Below are positions 1 through 8,727 of a DNA stretch of 64,000 bases, piece by piece. Where the stretch lies: the IMG/VR virus record IMGVR_UViG_3300026078_000017, positions 248,001-312,000 of that record. One strand, 5' to 3'. The number at the start of each line of letters is the position of its first letter. Positions within the stretch are counted from its first letter, which is position 1. Under the pieces are notes generated by a model. It worked only from the letters and a program-made list of their open reading frames with translations, was not told the DNA's origin and made no database searches. A program made the position numbers and the translations under genes.

Positions 1-1
1 A

Positions 2-175
2 GCTTTCGCCATTGACCAAAACTACAAGCCGTGGCGATTTGTACCAGGTATGTATATTCTCTTCCTTGATACAGTCAGGTCACTAGACATAACAGATGAA
101 TCAACACCCATTCTGTGTCAAGGTGTACGTTATCACATCATGCGACTCTATATCAGGGCCTTAGTACCTCTGTGA
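2..175 (+). CDS. partial small protein (5' truncated), probable GD-family member
   Basis: Open frame ...FVPGMYILFLD...LVPL* running off the window start. Confidence 0.5.
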   Translation, partial: AFAIDQNYKPWRFVPGMYILFLDTVRSLDITDESTPILCQGVRYHIMRLYIRALVPL

Positions 176-182
176 GACACAA

Positions 183-512
183 ATGGAATTTCATAAATCA
201 AAAATGATAGAAGTCAAAGTTGGTCAGGTGTATCAAATTCGAGAAGAGACAGATCCGGATCTGTGGTGTCACCTAATGATTTTTCAAGACGAAAGAGATA
301 GTCAAGGCAACTATCCCCACAAGCACTTGGAATACCCTTCTAAGGTCGTAATAACCCGTGAGAAGCATATTTCAAACGGACGTTGGGTGATTGAGGTTCA
401 GGTGGCAAATGTCATCTCACCGCTTCTGAGTGACCTGGAAAAACGTTGGATTTGTCGAGAAGGAGATCTCAGAGAAGATACAATTCAACTGGTAGATCAT
501 GGAACCCCATAA
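183..512 (+). CDS. small SH3/KOW-like protein (expanded GD family)
   Basis: VKVGQVYQI motif; coupled to next gene. Confidence 0.65.
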   Translation: MEFHKSKMIEVKVGQVYQIREETDPDLWCHLMIFQDERDSQGNYPHKHLEYPSKVVITREKHISNGRWVIEVQVANVISPLLSDLEKRWICREGDLREDTIQLVDHGTP

Positions 513-789
513 AAATCATAGACACTATGTGTCAAGGAAAAATCTCCCTAGTGTTGGTGACATAATCCAGTGGGGCGAATGTAAGCCCGGTGAGCATTAT
601 TTGCTGGTTTTGGAAGAGCCAAAGTTGATACAAGAAGCCAAAGATTTTTCCAGTCCCCTATTAAATGCCATAATAGACACACATTGGCAACTTTTGTGTC
701 TCGACATTGATTCTGGAACCCTGGCACACAATTGGTTTTGGGATGATGTTATCAGCGACTATGTGTTCATTAGTCGACTTGACCCATGA
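499..789 (+). CDS. small SH3/KOW-like protein (GD family)
   Basis: PSVGDII...YLLVLE...LCLD...FISR. Confidence 0.75.
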   Translation: MEPHKNHRHYVSRKNLPSVGDIIQWGECKPGEHYLLVLEEPKLIQEAKDFSSPLLNAIIDTHWQLLCLDIDSGTLAHNWFWDDVISDYVFISRLDP

Positions 790-817
790 CCAAAGCCATG
801 CTAGACTATTTGGTTCT

Positions 818-1111
818 ATGTTTCACAAAGGTACAGTAAAAAAACTGAAACTGCTTAAAGAAGTTCCCAAGAATGGCACGCTTCTTGTTCAGCAGCACAA
901 CAATGGCAATAATGTGTCGCTTGATTTTTCTCTCTATCTGGTCTTGGATTCTGAGTATATCGCGACTCGACGTGACTGGCGCTTAAATCTATGGTGTATC
1001 ACAGCAGGATATAACACAAGGTGGAATCCTCCGGGCTTTCCAAATGGAAAGCTAAATCTTGACTGGACAACAGGACCCGTTAAGTGGTATGTGTTTAGTG
1101 AGCCCGAATGA
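818..1111 (+). CDS. small SH3/KOW-like protein (GD family)
   Basis: PKNGTLLV...LYLVLD; ATG 818 follows promoter TTGACC(779)-TGCTAGACT. Confidence 0.65.
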   Translation: MFHKGTVKKLKLLKEVPKNGTLLVQQHNNGNNVSLDFSLYLVLDSEYIATRRDWRLNLWCITAGYNTRWNPPGFPNGKLNLDWTTGPVKWYVFSEPE

Positions 1112-1413
1112 CACGTCAGAAGAAAGTCAAGCATTTACCTGGCAAGATTCTTGAAATGCGTGCCAATGGATGTGTGATGTATTTTTTCTCAGATGAAGAC
1201 AATAATACTTCCAACCTCAAACACCTTCACAAGGGAAATCTCTTTATGATACTTGACACGGTCAAGTCAGAGGATGTTCCAGGCGAAGCCTGGCAAAAAA
1301 GCAACCCTCAAGAAAAGTGGTGTCGAGTTTGGCACTTCAAGTCTAATCTGATTGGATACATTGCCCTAGAGGACATAATCGTCTTCACAGAAGAAACTCG
1401 GTGGTTGACATGA
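1108..1413 (+). CDS. small SH3-like protein (GD family)
   Basis: LPGKILE...GNLFMILD; ATGA overlap. Confidence 0.65.
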   Translation: MTRQKKVKHLPGKILEMRANGCVMYFFSDEDNNTSNLKHLHKGNLFMILDTVKSEDVPGEAWQKSNPQEKWCRVWHFKSNLIGYIALEDIIVFTEETRWLT

Positions 1414-1622
1414 GCACTATTCTGCGAACAGGAGACATTATCCGTTATCGGCCAGCAGCCCTTGGTACAGTATCCTTGGTTTTGACAGAACCAATTTTGG
1501 TAAACAGTCGTTGTTGGCGTGTTAAAACGTGGGACCTAACCCGAAATGAACTGTCGGGTGCAGTCTTTTACACAATCAAGAACAATGCCGATCCCAACTG
1601 GGAAGTTATTTACCACATATGA
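1401..1622 (+). CDS. small SH3/KOW-like protein (GD family)
   Basis: RTGDIIRY...LVL...WDL...DPNWEVI; tandem paralog of next gene. Confidence 0.75.
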   Translation: MVDMSTILRTGDIIRYRPAALGTVSLVLTEPILVNSRCWRVKTWDLTRNELSGAVFYTIKNNADPNWEVIYHI

Positions 1623-1978
1623 CCAAAGGTGACAACAGGTATTTGCCAGAAGTAGGTGACTTGATCCGTTACCGTCGTCAGGAGTTTATCGAAGGTTTGC
1701 ACCTGGTTCTTTCTACTCCAGAAAAAGCCAGAAATTCAGCTTATGCCATGTATGTGGGTGGCGTGCCTGTGCATATGGACTCTTGGGTTGTGTCAGTTTG
1801 GGAATTGACTGGAATGTGTGAAAGCGGTGCAAGCTTTCAGAAGATCAACAGTCCAGATCCCAATTGGGAAATCGTCCTCAAGTTCAAGCCATCACACACG
1901 AGTCACCAGACACAGGTGCAAGGTGCAAGTATTCCGGAATGTCCTGATTGCTCAGGAAGTACACCAGACCGTCTGTAA
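1619..1978 (+). CDS. small SH3/KOW-like protein (GD family)
   Basis: PEVGDLIRY...LVL...WEL...DPNWEIV. Confidence 0.7.
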   Translation: MTKGDNRYLPEVGDLIRYRRQEFIEGLHLVLSTPEKARNSAYAMYVGGVPVHMDSWVVSVWELTGMCESGASFQKINSPDPNWEIVLKFKPSHTSHQTQVQGASIPECPDCSGSTPDRL

Positions 1979-2177
1979 GGGCGTTGCGAATCTCTTCCAC
2001 CCACAGAGCCTCGGTTTCCCGAAACTGGCTCAGATCGTCTTCTGTGGTCGCGAACATGGCACTGGCGAGCAGTAGTCCAGTCTCGTCAGAGGTTTCGTCG
2101 AAAAGAACCTTGACCGACTTGACGCCATTGGTGATCGAAGCGGTGTAGGTCGTGACGGCAGGCTGATTCATTTGCAA
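1884..2177 (-). CDS. hypothetical protein
   Basis: GC-rich codons, GAGGAG RBS, own promoter at 2200-2227. Confidence 0.75.
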   Translation of the reverse strand: MQMNQPAVTTYTASITNGVKSVKVLFDETSDETGLLLASAMFATTEDDLSQFRETEALWVEEIRNALTDGLVYFLSNQDIPEYLHLAPVSGDSCVMA

Positions 2178-2223
2178 TATCTCCTCAGTGAGTAAGAAGA
2201 GTATAACAAAAAACCCTCATGTG

Positions 2224-2457
2224 TCAAGGTGCTCTAGAAATCAACTTCCAATATTTCTGAGTTGATTCAACGATACCTAAGTCACGCTTTTCCATGGTTT
2301 CCAGGTCAAGGCCGACAAATTGGGTGTGAACGGGACTGACAGGAGTTACCGAAAGAACAAGCACAAAAAGCATGTCTCTTTCTAGAAAAGAAGATTCGTC
2401 TTCCTCGGAAAATCTTACCAGATCTCCGACTTTTATGCTGTCATGCCTAATCGTCAT
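2224..2457 (-). CDS. small SH3/KOW-like protein (GD family)
   Basis: IKVGDLVRF...VLVL...GLDL...WKLISR. Confidence 0.75.
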   Translation of the reverse strand: MTIRHDSIKVGDLVRFSEEDESSFLERDMLFVLVLSVTPVSPVHTQFVGLDLETMEKRDLGIVESTQKYWKLISRAP

Positions 2458-2677
2458 CTTCAATCCGAGCAACAAAGTGCCAACATTTTTCGGTTGACGT
2501 GATAATGCCACATTGGTCGTACTGCATGGTATCAAGATTCAGACCATCGAAATCTGTGTGACCTTCCTTGCGTGGAATCAGCTTCAAGATCAAGAAACAC
2601 TTGACATGGAAGTCACTTTCGGGCCTTGACTTGAAGGAAACAACATCCCCAACCCTAACTTCATTCCATTTAATCAC
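2447..2677 (-). CDS. small SH3/KOW-like protein (GD family)
   Basis: VRVGDVVSF...FLIL...GLNL...WHFVAR. Confidence 0.75.
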   Translation of the reverse strand: MIKWNEVRVGDVVSFKSRPESDFHVKCFLILKLIPRKEGHTDFDGLNLDTMQYDQCGIITSTEKCWHFVARIEDDD

Positions 2678-2683
2678 ATAAAC

Positions 2684-2746
2684 ACCTTAGCATATAAGCT
2701 TGTTCTTGTCAAAGGGTTTGACAAGACACAAAAACCGTGCTAAAGT
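2684..2746. promoter_or_regulatory. back-to-back divergent sigma70-type promoters
   Basis: Minus TTGACA(2712-2707)..TGCTAAGGT; plus TTGACA(2718-2723)-17bp-TAAAGT. Confidence 0.7.
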
Positions 2747-2756
2747 CTCAGGTGAT

Positions 2757-3035
2757 ATGAATCGACAAGATATTAAGGTAGGTGACTTACTTGAGTGGAC
2801 AGGTAAAATGATGAATGAGGTTGGCATCATTTTGGTCCTAGAGATTTACACTCAAGACTTTACGGTGGAAGATCCAAACCTTGGAATGAAACCAACCTTG
2901 ACGAAACATCGTTACATGCCTGAGAGAACAGTATTTCTTGGGTTGTCGCTCAAAGACAACGACAAGGAGGTTTATGCTCTCAATAAAGATACCGAATCTT
3001 TTTGGCGTCTTGTGGAGCGTGCTAAAACAACATAA
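2757..3035 (+). CDS. small SH3/KOW-like protein (GD family)
   Basis: IKVGDLLEW...ILVLE...GLSL...WRLVER. Confidence 0.75.
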   Translation: MNRQDIKVGDLLEWTGKMMNEVGIILVLEIYTQDFTVEDPNLGMKPTLTKHRYMPERTVFLGLSLKDNDKEVYALNKDTESFWRLVERAKTT

Positions 3036-3062
3036 GAGCCCACCGATTTCTCAGTAGGCTCT
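3035..3062. terminator. hairpin between convergent genes
   Basis: AGAGCC...GGCTCT inverted repeat. Confidence 0.45.
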
Positions 3063-3085
3063 CACTTGTGACTCACGGTTGAGAC

Positions 3086-3397
3086 TCAGGTTGCTTCGCC
3101 CTTGTACTCGCAATCCTGGAAGTATGCCAGAACCCAACCGTACTGTGCGTGCAAGCGCTGCTCTTCCGCCATCGAACGAACAGAAGCGTTTTGGGCATGA
3201 GCCATGCAGTGAACGATGTAGTACTGGTCGGTCTTCACGATCATGAGGTAGAGACAGTCCTCGAACATGTCGAAAAACTTGTCGTTTGCTGCCAACAGCT
3301 TCTCACGGGTGACGAGCGTGTTTGCAAGCTCAAGTGGCGCCTTCATGTCACCAACGTCGCTCGTCAAGTCGATAACCGAAACAGTGTTGTTGCTCAT
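3086..3397 (-). CDS. hypothetical protein
   Basis: GAGGAG RBS, own promoter 3421-3448, GC-rich codons. Confidence 0.75.
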   Translation of the reverse strand: MSNNTVSVIDLTSDVGDMKAPLELANTLVTREKLLAANDKFFDMFEDCLYLMIVKTDQYYIVHCMAHAQNASVRSMAEEQRLHAQYGWVLAYFQDCEYKGEAT

Positions 3398-3444
3398 ATC
3401 GCGATCTCCTCAGTGACTTTGTTTTAGCAGAATCCCAGGTTGGG

Positions 3445-3801
3445 TCAAGCGATTTTCTTAAGCCACTCAGTCAAAAGCTCAGGACGATCGCCCTTGATCC
3501 AGGGAGAAACTCCCTCAGGAATCTTCTCACGCGAGGAAAAGACCACCACTGGAAGTTCTTGCTCTTCCGCTTCCCAAAACACACGTTGACCCATGTTGTC
3601 TTCCGGCCATTGACTGTCAAGTCGGGCAGGAAACACCCAATCAGTAACCACAGCACAGAAGCCATGATCGGGTGCACGAAGGGCTTTAATGGCCTCATAA
3701 AGCGTGCCAACGTGTGTGACCTGAAGTCCCAGCGCTGCACACTCCTCCAAAACCATTTCCGCCTTGCTGAAAGTGTCCTCAACCAAAAGAATCTTTTTCA
3801 C
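3445..3801 (-). CDS. single-domain response regulator (CheY-like receiver)
   Basis: KILLVED acidic pocket, VVTDW phosphoacceptor Asp, PVVVFSS, IK. Confidence 0.85.
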   Translation of the reverse strand: MKKILLVEDTFSKAEMVLEECAALGLQVTHVGTLYEAIKALRAPDHGFCAVVTDWVFPARLDSQWPEDNMGQRVFWEAEEQELPVVVFSSREKIPEGVSPWIKGDRPELLTEWLKKIA

Positions 3802-3863
3802 CTTCTTATGGTAGCAGGCTGATTTCCCTTGTCAAGGCATATTCTGTGCACTAAGATTGGTCG

Positions 3864-4187
3864 ATGGTGGAAAAGAGAAAGCGAAAGAAAGAATTGGAAC
3901 CTGACTTCTGGATTGCCACGCACTGGATTGTTGAACGTGAGCAAGGTTGCTTTCTTGATCCCAACATGACTTCTATCAAGGAAGCCAATGAAGATCCGCG
4001 ACCTTTGACTATTGCCGATCACAATACCATCATGACCGTATTGACAGAACCTATTAACCCTTTTGCAGACCCGACAAAGGAAAGAGAACGAGTCGCAAAC
4101 AGTCCTTATGTTCAGGTTTTGTGGATGGGTCAAAAATGGCACATCTCTACCAGTCGACTTAAAGCTTACTGTCGGAGACTTAAGTGA
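3864..4187 (+). CDS. small SH3-like protein (WIV/VLWxG subfamily)
   Basis: HWIVE...YVQVLWMG; paralog of 4460..4720. Confidence 0.65.
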   Translation: MVEKRKRKKELEPDFWIATHWIVEREQGCFLDPNMTSIKEANEDPRPLTIADHNTIMTVLTEPINPFADPTKERERVANSPYVQVLWMGQKWHISTSRLKAYCRRLK

Positions 4188-4450
4188 TATTTTCAGTTGG
4201 TACTGTACTCAAAATTACCAGTCAGATGGATGGTAAGATTGCAGTAAACCAGGGTGCGGCATTTCCAGGCTTGCAGTGGCGTAATGTCAAGGGACCATAT
4301 ATTATCATTCTTGAGAAAATCCTGTCTTATACAGACAACCGCATTCCTGATACAAAGTATTGGGTCTTTGACCTCGGAGCCCAAAGAAAAACAATGGTGT
4401 GGGAAGAGGATTTAGAGGATTGCACTGAGACTCTCAGTGTGGTAGACTAA
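4184..4450 (+). CDS. small SH3/KOW-like protein (GD family)
   Basis: FSVGTVLKI...IIILE...VFDL. Confidence 0.7.
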   Translation: MIFSVGTVLKITSQMDGKIAVNQGAAFPGLQWRNVKGPYIIILEKILSYTDNRIPDTKYWVFDLGAQRKTMVWEEDLEDCTETLSVVD

Positions 4451-4459
4451 TAGGTCAAC

Positions 4460-4720
4460 ATGAATAATACTCTTCCAAGAGACGAGGATTTTGGTTGTGG
4501 GTGGATTGTTCGTGAAGGCGGATGTCTCTGGCTTGATATCTACAAAAACCAATCCACGTTTTCAAATCTCTTTCGTTCAGCCAAAGTGCCACCAAAAAGC
4601 ATAATATTCGTTATTGAGCCTTGTGTGACTCACAAGGGATACGTCAAGGTTTTGTGGAATGGAAGATTTGCTATGGTTCATGTCCACGTGTTGCAAGCTC
4701 GATGTGAGCCTTTGCCATGA
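4460..4720 (+). CDS. small SH3-like protein (WIV/VLWxG subfamily)
   Basis: GWIVRE...YVKVLWNG. Confidence 0.65.
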   Translation: MNNTLPRDEDFGCGWIVREGGCLWLDIYKNQSTFSNLFRSAKVPPKSIIFVIEPCVTHKGYVKVLWNGRFAMVHVHVLQARCEPLP

Positions 4721-4995
4721 CCGAGGAAACCATTTCTGAGGGTTCCTTGCCTGATGTGGGAGACCTTTTGATACACTCAGTGACTGGCGAAGTGGTGATA
4801 GTGTTGACTAAACCATCACAAGAATTAACTCGCAAGCTCAGACTCATAAAAGAATACAAGGAAGCGCCTTGGCGTTGGTGGTGTGATGTTTTATGGTTGA
4901 CAACCAAACACAGAACGTCTATAGAATTGAGCTTCGATATCTATCAATCAGGCATCGGATACGTGTGTCGAACATGGCGTTGGGTAAAAGAGTAA
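4717..4995 (+). CDS. small SH3/KOW-like protein (GD family)
   Basis: PDVGDLLI...VIVLTKP. Confidence 0.7.
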   Translation: MTEETISEGSLPDVGDLLIHSVTGEVVIVLTKPSQELTRKLRLIKEYKEAPWRWWCDVLWLTTKHRTSIELSFDIYQSGIGYVCRTWRWVKE

Positions 4996-5243
4996 AAGAA
5001 GAGATCACCATTGATTCCTTGTGGATTGTCACAAAGGGTGACATGGCTTTGTCCAATGCCATAGCGTTCCACGCTCAAGTTTGTCCAATCAAGGTGTATC
5101 ACACGACATTTTTGGTCGTAGACATTACGCCAAATATTTACCTTCCAAGTAGCTCACCTCACATAAAAGTCTTGTGTGAAGGTCGAACTTACTGGACGTT
5201 TCCTAGAGACATTAACAAGTGTTGCAGGAAGGTCAGCAAATGA
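4974..5243 (+). CDS. small SH3-like protein (WIV subfamily)
   Basis: LWIVTKG...FLVVD...IKVLCEG; start uncertain. Confidence 0.6.
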   Translation: MALGKRVKEEITIDSLWIVTKGDMALSNAIAFHAQVCPIKVYHTTFLVVDITPNIYLPSSSPHIKVLCEGRTYWTFPRDINKCCRKVSK

Positions 5244-5503
5244 AGCTTGACAATCCGGCCAATCACCCAATCCCAGGGGACATTATTTGCATGCGTGGAT
5301 CGATGCGTATATTTTTGGTGTTAACCAAAACGCGATGGATTGACCTACTCGAAAGAGATCTAGGATACAACGATTACCCAGATCAATACAAGCTTTGGGT
5401 TTTGGATTTACAGTCTCTTACCAAAAGAGAAATTGTGCTACATAACGCTTTTGGTAAAGCGTTATGGCACACGTACCTTGATCCCAATGATCCACGCGCT
5501 TGA
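5240..5503 (+). CDS. small SH3/KOW-like protein (GD family)
   Basis: PIPGDII...FLVLT...VLDL. Confidence 0.7.
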   Translation: MKLDNPANHPIPGDIICMRGSMRIFLVLTKTRWIDLLERDLGYNDYPDQYKLWVLDLQSLTKREIVLHNAFGKALWHTYLDPNDPRA

Positions 5504-5508
5504 TTGCG

Positions 5509-5787
5509 TCAGAATGGATCCCAAGTGCTGTAGTCGTCGAGTGCGCCCTCACGCGTGCGAAACTCGTACTCCTCACACTTGATTCCGACTGCATTCCTTG
5601 CAGCCATGAATCGACGCTTGGCATCGTAGATCTTGCCAGAACCCGGATTTTCATCCGAGAACACACCAACGATCGTCACCTCACGATCTCGATGATTCTC
5701 GATGTGATACAGAACCGTCACCATCTTGGCCGGCTGTGCAGAGATTTCGGTGGATCGAATGTGGGCGATGATTGCTTCGTTCAACAT
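5509..5787 (-). CDS. hypothetical protein
   Basis: GC-rich codon usage, coupled to upstream gene. Confidence 0.65.
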   Translation of the reverse strand: MLNEAIIAHIRSTEISAQPAKMVTVLYHIENHRDREVTIVGVFSDENPGSGKIYDAKRRFMAARNAVGIKCEEYEFRTREGALDDYSTWDPF

Positions 5788-6071
5788 GTCCAGATTATAT
5801 CAGTTTCCTCTGACCCGTCAAGTACTCGTTCACCATTTCTGATAAGATGAGCCTGAGGCTTTGCCTGGTTTTGTTCATCAAAGAACACACGTTGGATCTT
5901 TTGGGCTTGCAGAGAAAAGCCAAATATGTCAAGATAAAGATCTTCCTTGTTAAGGATATACGGTGCACCCAAATCCCCAAATCTCTCAGAGTTGATTTTG
6001 GTAATAATCCATGCTACCTTCTGGCGAGGGATTACAATCAAGTCACCAACCTGAACAGAACAAAGTTTCAC
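5781..6071 (-). CDS. small SH3/KOW-like protein (GD family)
   Basis: VQVGDLIV...LIRNGERV. Confidence 0.7.
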   Translation of the reverse strand: MKLCSVQVGDLIVIPRQKVAWIITKINSERFGDLGAPYILNKEDLYLDIFGFSLQAQKIQRVFFDEQNQAKPQAHLIRNGERVLDGSEETDIIWTC

Positions 6072-6304
6072 AACGGTATTCTCTCAATTGAGCTTGCATC
6101 CCAACCAAGAATATTGTAGTGTTTGACCTTGTGGCCTAAGTGAAAATCATACACCGTAATATTTCTTCCTGGATCATTGGGATCCTCAATGTCGATGTTG
6201 TCAACAGACAACACAAGGGAATATCTTTTCCCATATTTGTGGTCTTTTTGAATGAGTATGTCACCAGGTGATACATCACGTGCAGCAAGAAGAGTTGTAG
6301 TCAC
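6068..6304 (-). CDS. small SH3/KOW-like protein (GD family)
   Basis: RDVSPGDILI...LVLSVD...GWDA; tandem paralog. Confidence 0.75.
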   Translation of the reverse strand: MTTTLLAARDVSPGDILIQKDHKYGKRYSLVLSVDNIDIEDPNDPGRNITVYDFHLGHKVKHYNILGWDASSIERIPL

Positions 6305-6528
6305 AGAGAAATCCTTTGAGTGACCTCAGCATCCCACCCATCAATAATGTTTGGCTTGTATATAACACGTTCTTGGGTGTTTAGGTCGTATAAGGTGCAA
6401 CCTGGTCTATAACTGTTGACAGGATCAAAATCAACAGACAACACCAATAGACACTTGGGACCATTCTTGAGACCTGAACGAATGAGCAGATCTCCGAGTT
6501 TTAGGTCTCTGACGGGAAGGAGTTTCAT
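6301..6528 (-). CDS. small SH3/KOW-like protein (GD family)
   Basis: RDLKLGDLLI...LVLSVD...GWDA. Confidence 0.75.
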   Translation of the reverse strand: MKLLPVRDLKLGDLLIRSGLKNGPKCLLVLSVDFDPVNSYRPGCTLYDLNTQERVIYKPNIIDGWDAEVTQRISL

Positions 6529-6530
6529 TT

Positions 6531-6665
6531 TCAGTCACAGAAATCTGCGGTGGTACACTTATTGTCACCACTGCGAAGCTTTTGCGTCACTGACAAGTCC
6601 AGTGCAGCAACCGAAACCGCACCAAGGACCAATCCAAAGAGGACACTAGCCAGAAATCCACGCAT
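6531..6665 (-). CDS. small membrane/secreted peptide
   Basis: Hand-translated MRGFLASVLFGLVLGAVSVAAL...; follows promoter TTGACG..TGCTAAGGT. Confidence 0.5.
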   Translation of the reverse strand: MRGFLASVLFGLVLGAVSVAALDLSVTQKLRSGDNKCTTADFCD

Positions 6666-6684
6666 GAGAATACCTTAGCAGGAT

Positions 6685-6975
6685 TTATTTGAACGTCAAG
6701 ACTTTTTGTGTGGGAAGCTGCATTTGCCACACATTAGGTTCACTGTCTGGATAATCAACTGAAATCCACACATGACGTTTTATTTGCGCTGCGATGTCAA
6801 GAGCAAGGTATTCATTCGCTGACAGTTTTTTCAGTACGAGGTAAAAAGTAATTGTGGTAATATGACCTGGATCTGAATACTTTCTGAGATGATCAGAGTG
6901 AGCAAGAAGCGTACCACGAACAATTCGTTTTTTGTCTATCGGAATCACTGCCGTCGTCTCAGGTGAGGAAAACAA
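6685..6975 (-). CDS. small SH3/KOW-like protein (GD family)
   Basis: VRGTLL...FYLVLK...ALDI. Confidence 0.65.
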   Translation of the reverse strand: MFSSPETTAVIPIDKKRIVRGTLLAHSDHLRKYSDPGHITTITFYLVLKKLSANEYLALDIAAQIKRHVWISVDYPDSEPNVWQMQLPTQKVLTFK

Positions 6976-7142
6976 ATATGGCGTCTGACGTGTCGAGCAT
7001 GGTAATACTGAAGCGTCCCAAGGTTTAGTTTGTTGTTGTCAACGATCCACTTTCTCTTCTGTCGAGTGACCCATTTCTTGAGCCACGAGAATGGCCCAGG
7101 TGACACGACAGAGGGTTTAGACGACTCACGATAGGGTGTCAT
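6945..7142 (-). CDS. hypothetical protein
   Basis: MTPYR start like 38785; fills operon. Confidence 0.5.
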   Translation of the reverse strand: MTPYRESSKPSVVSPGPFSWLKKWVTRQKRKWIVDNNKLNLGTLQYYHARHVRRHICFPHLRRRQ

Positions 7143-7145
7143 GGG

Positions 7146-7277
7146 TCAACGGTTCCTAAGCCATTCTAGAGCCCACACGAGCACCTCAAAGAACACTGAG
7201 AGCAGGGTGACTCCAATCAAGAGTCCAAGACACAAAAATCCGATAGAAATCAACAAGGTTACCAAAAATCCAATCAT
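7146..7277 (-). CDS. small membrane protein
   Basis: Hand-translated 43 aa hydrophobic ORF, ATGA-coupled. Confidence 0.5.
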   Translation of the reverse strand: MIGFLVTLLISIGFLCLGLLIGVTLLSVFFEVLVWALEWLRNR

Positions 7278-7564
7278 AGCGTTACCTCTTTTCCTGTTCC
7301 AATGTGGTAGATTTTCCCATCTTGAGAGAACAACAATATAAAGTCATCTTCTATGTACAGAATTTCCTTTGTGTCTTTGTTCCGTGTGAGAACGTGCTCC
7401 ATCTTCATAAATTGAAGATGTAAACCATAGATCTTAATGGCCCACTGCGAACCCATTGTAGGGTTATTGTCAACCTTGCAGATTAGCCAAGATTCCGCAC
7501 GTGGCTTGCCATAATCCAGCCAGACAATATCGCCAGGAGAAACGATAAGGTTCGCATTTGTCAC
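7274..7564 (-). CDS. small SH3/KOW-like protein (GD family)
   Basis: VSPGDIVW...WLI; GTGA overlap. Confidence 0.7.
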   Translation of the reverse strand: MTNANLIVSPGDIVWLDYGKPRAESWLICKVDNNPTMGSQWAIKIYGLHLQFMKMEHVLTRNKDTKEILYIEDDFILLFSQDGKIYHIGTGKEVTL

Positions 7565-7881
7565 GGATAACCACAATCCTCTCTGAATCGAAGTTTTTGT
7601 CCGTCGCGCAAGAGATACCACTCGTAGGCATGTGTCAAGTTAATTTTCCCAAAATTACGTGAGAAAATCAGTGTGATGGTCCGATTTTCGAGATCCAGAC
7701 ACTGGACGTGTTCACAATCCCGCACCATCACAGACGGCACAAACTCAAGAAACAAATACATTTTCTCCTTAGGTTGTGCTGCGGCTTGATACGGGTCTGG
7801 ATATTGTCGATGGACAATCACATCACCAGGAACAAGCGTTCCATCACAGAAATAAGTCACTTCTTCTCGCTGGGCCGACAT
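7561..7881 (-). CDS. small SH3/KOW-like protein (GD family)
   Basis: LVPGDVIV...YLFLE...CLDL...LLRDGQKL. Confidence 0.75.
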   Translation of the reverse strand: MSAQREEVTYFCDGTLVPGDVIVHRQYPDPYQAAAQPKEKMYLFLEFVPSVMVRDCEHVQCLDLENRTITLIFSRNFGKINLTHAYEWYLLRDGQKLRFREDCGYP

Positions 7882-7898
7882 GTACTAAAGAATAGCAC

Positions 7899-7938
7899 AA
7901 AAAGAAACGGGAGCAAACCCTTTCGAGCTTGCTCCCGC
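7899..7938 (-). terminator. intrinsic terminator after khpA-like gene
   Basis: CGGGAGCAA...TTGCTCCCG stem plus U-tract on minus strand. Confidence 0.65.
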
Positions 7939-7972
7939 GGTATGGATCCTTTTGTCTCAGGTGTCCGATAGA

Positions 7973-8257
7973 TCAGGCATCCGAAGGATCCCAGGAAAGA
8001 CGCATCGAGGTTGCCAGCCCCCAGTTCCGCGCCTGACACAGGAAAATCCTGTGAAGCGCCTTAGCGGTGTCTCCACCCTTGCCGACGATCATGGCGAGCA
8101 TCGCACGCGGGGCAACGATGTCCACGATCAGTTCACCCTCGCACGTGGGATTCTGGTGAACGCCGATGGACACCGAGTCCGGATCGTTCACGAGAGCAAG
8201 AAGCGTATCTTCCACAAGGTCACCGAAATCCTCGAAAAGCGTCTGACTGTTGCTCAT
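7973..8257 (-). CDS. khpA: KH-domain RNA-binding protein, KhpA/YlqC-like
   Basis: LVxxLLALVNDPDSV N-terminus and IVGKGGDTAKAL GxxG loop; own promoter and terminator. Confidence 0.85.
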   Translation of the reverse strand: MSNSQTLFEDFGDLVEDTLLALVNDPDSVSIGVHQNPTCEGELIVDIVAPRAMLAMIVGKGGDTAKALHRIFLCQARNWGLATSMRLSWDPSDA

Positions 8258-8350
8258 ATCTATATCCTCTTTCTATTTCTTAGAGGCGGTTTCTTGTGCC
8301 ACCTCTTTCATTTGTTTGTTTTAGCAGAATCCGACCTAAGTGCAAAATCT

Positions 8351-8527
8351 TCAGGCGTCGGTTTCTTCTACGAAATCCACTTCCCAACGCGTGGCACGAG
8401 CCTCACAGAAATCGTCTCGTTCGATCAACTCTTCTGCCAGTTCTGTAGCATGCTCGTGATCTTCCGCCTCAACCTGAAAGGTCAAGCCACGTGTGACAGT
8501 CACGGTATACGTCTTCTTTTCGGTCAT
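8351..8527 (-). CDS. small acidic hypothetical protein
   Basis: Hand-translated MTEKKTYTVTV...VEAEDHEHATELA; RBS and own promoter. Confidence 0.65.
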   Translation of the reverse strand: MTEKKTYTVTVTRGLTFQVEAEDHEHATELAEELIERDDFCEARATRWEVDFVEETDA

Positions 8528-8588
8528 ATCGTCGACTCCCTATAGATTGAAGATAGCACCAAAATCCTCAGGTGCAAGGGGAAAATGT

Positions 8589-8654
8589 TTGTGCGTCCAA
8601 CACCCTCGGGTTGCCAGATTCTGCAAATGAATCGGAGTGAACACTAACGCACAA
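8589..8654 (-). ncRNA. degenerate tRNA-like cloverleaf
   Basis: TTGTGCGT/ACGCACAA closing stem; GATTC-7nt-GAATC arm; directly 3' of tRNA-Lys. Confidence 0.35.
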
Positions 8655-8655
8655 T

Positions 8656-8727
8656 TGGGCCATCGGGGTAACGATCCCCGTTCGTCGGATTAAAAGTCCG
8701 ATGCTTCACCATTAAAGCTTATAGCCC
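8656..8727 (-). tRNA. tRNA-Lys (UUU)
   Basis: Full cloverleaf GGGCTAT/ATGGCCC; anticodon arm TCGGA-CTTTTAA-TCCGA; atypical T-loop ATCGTTA; no encoded CCA. Confidence 0.9.
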
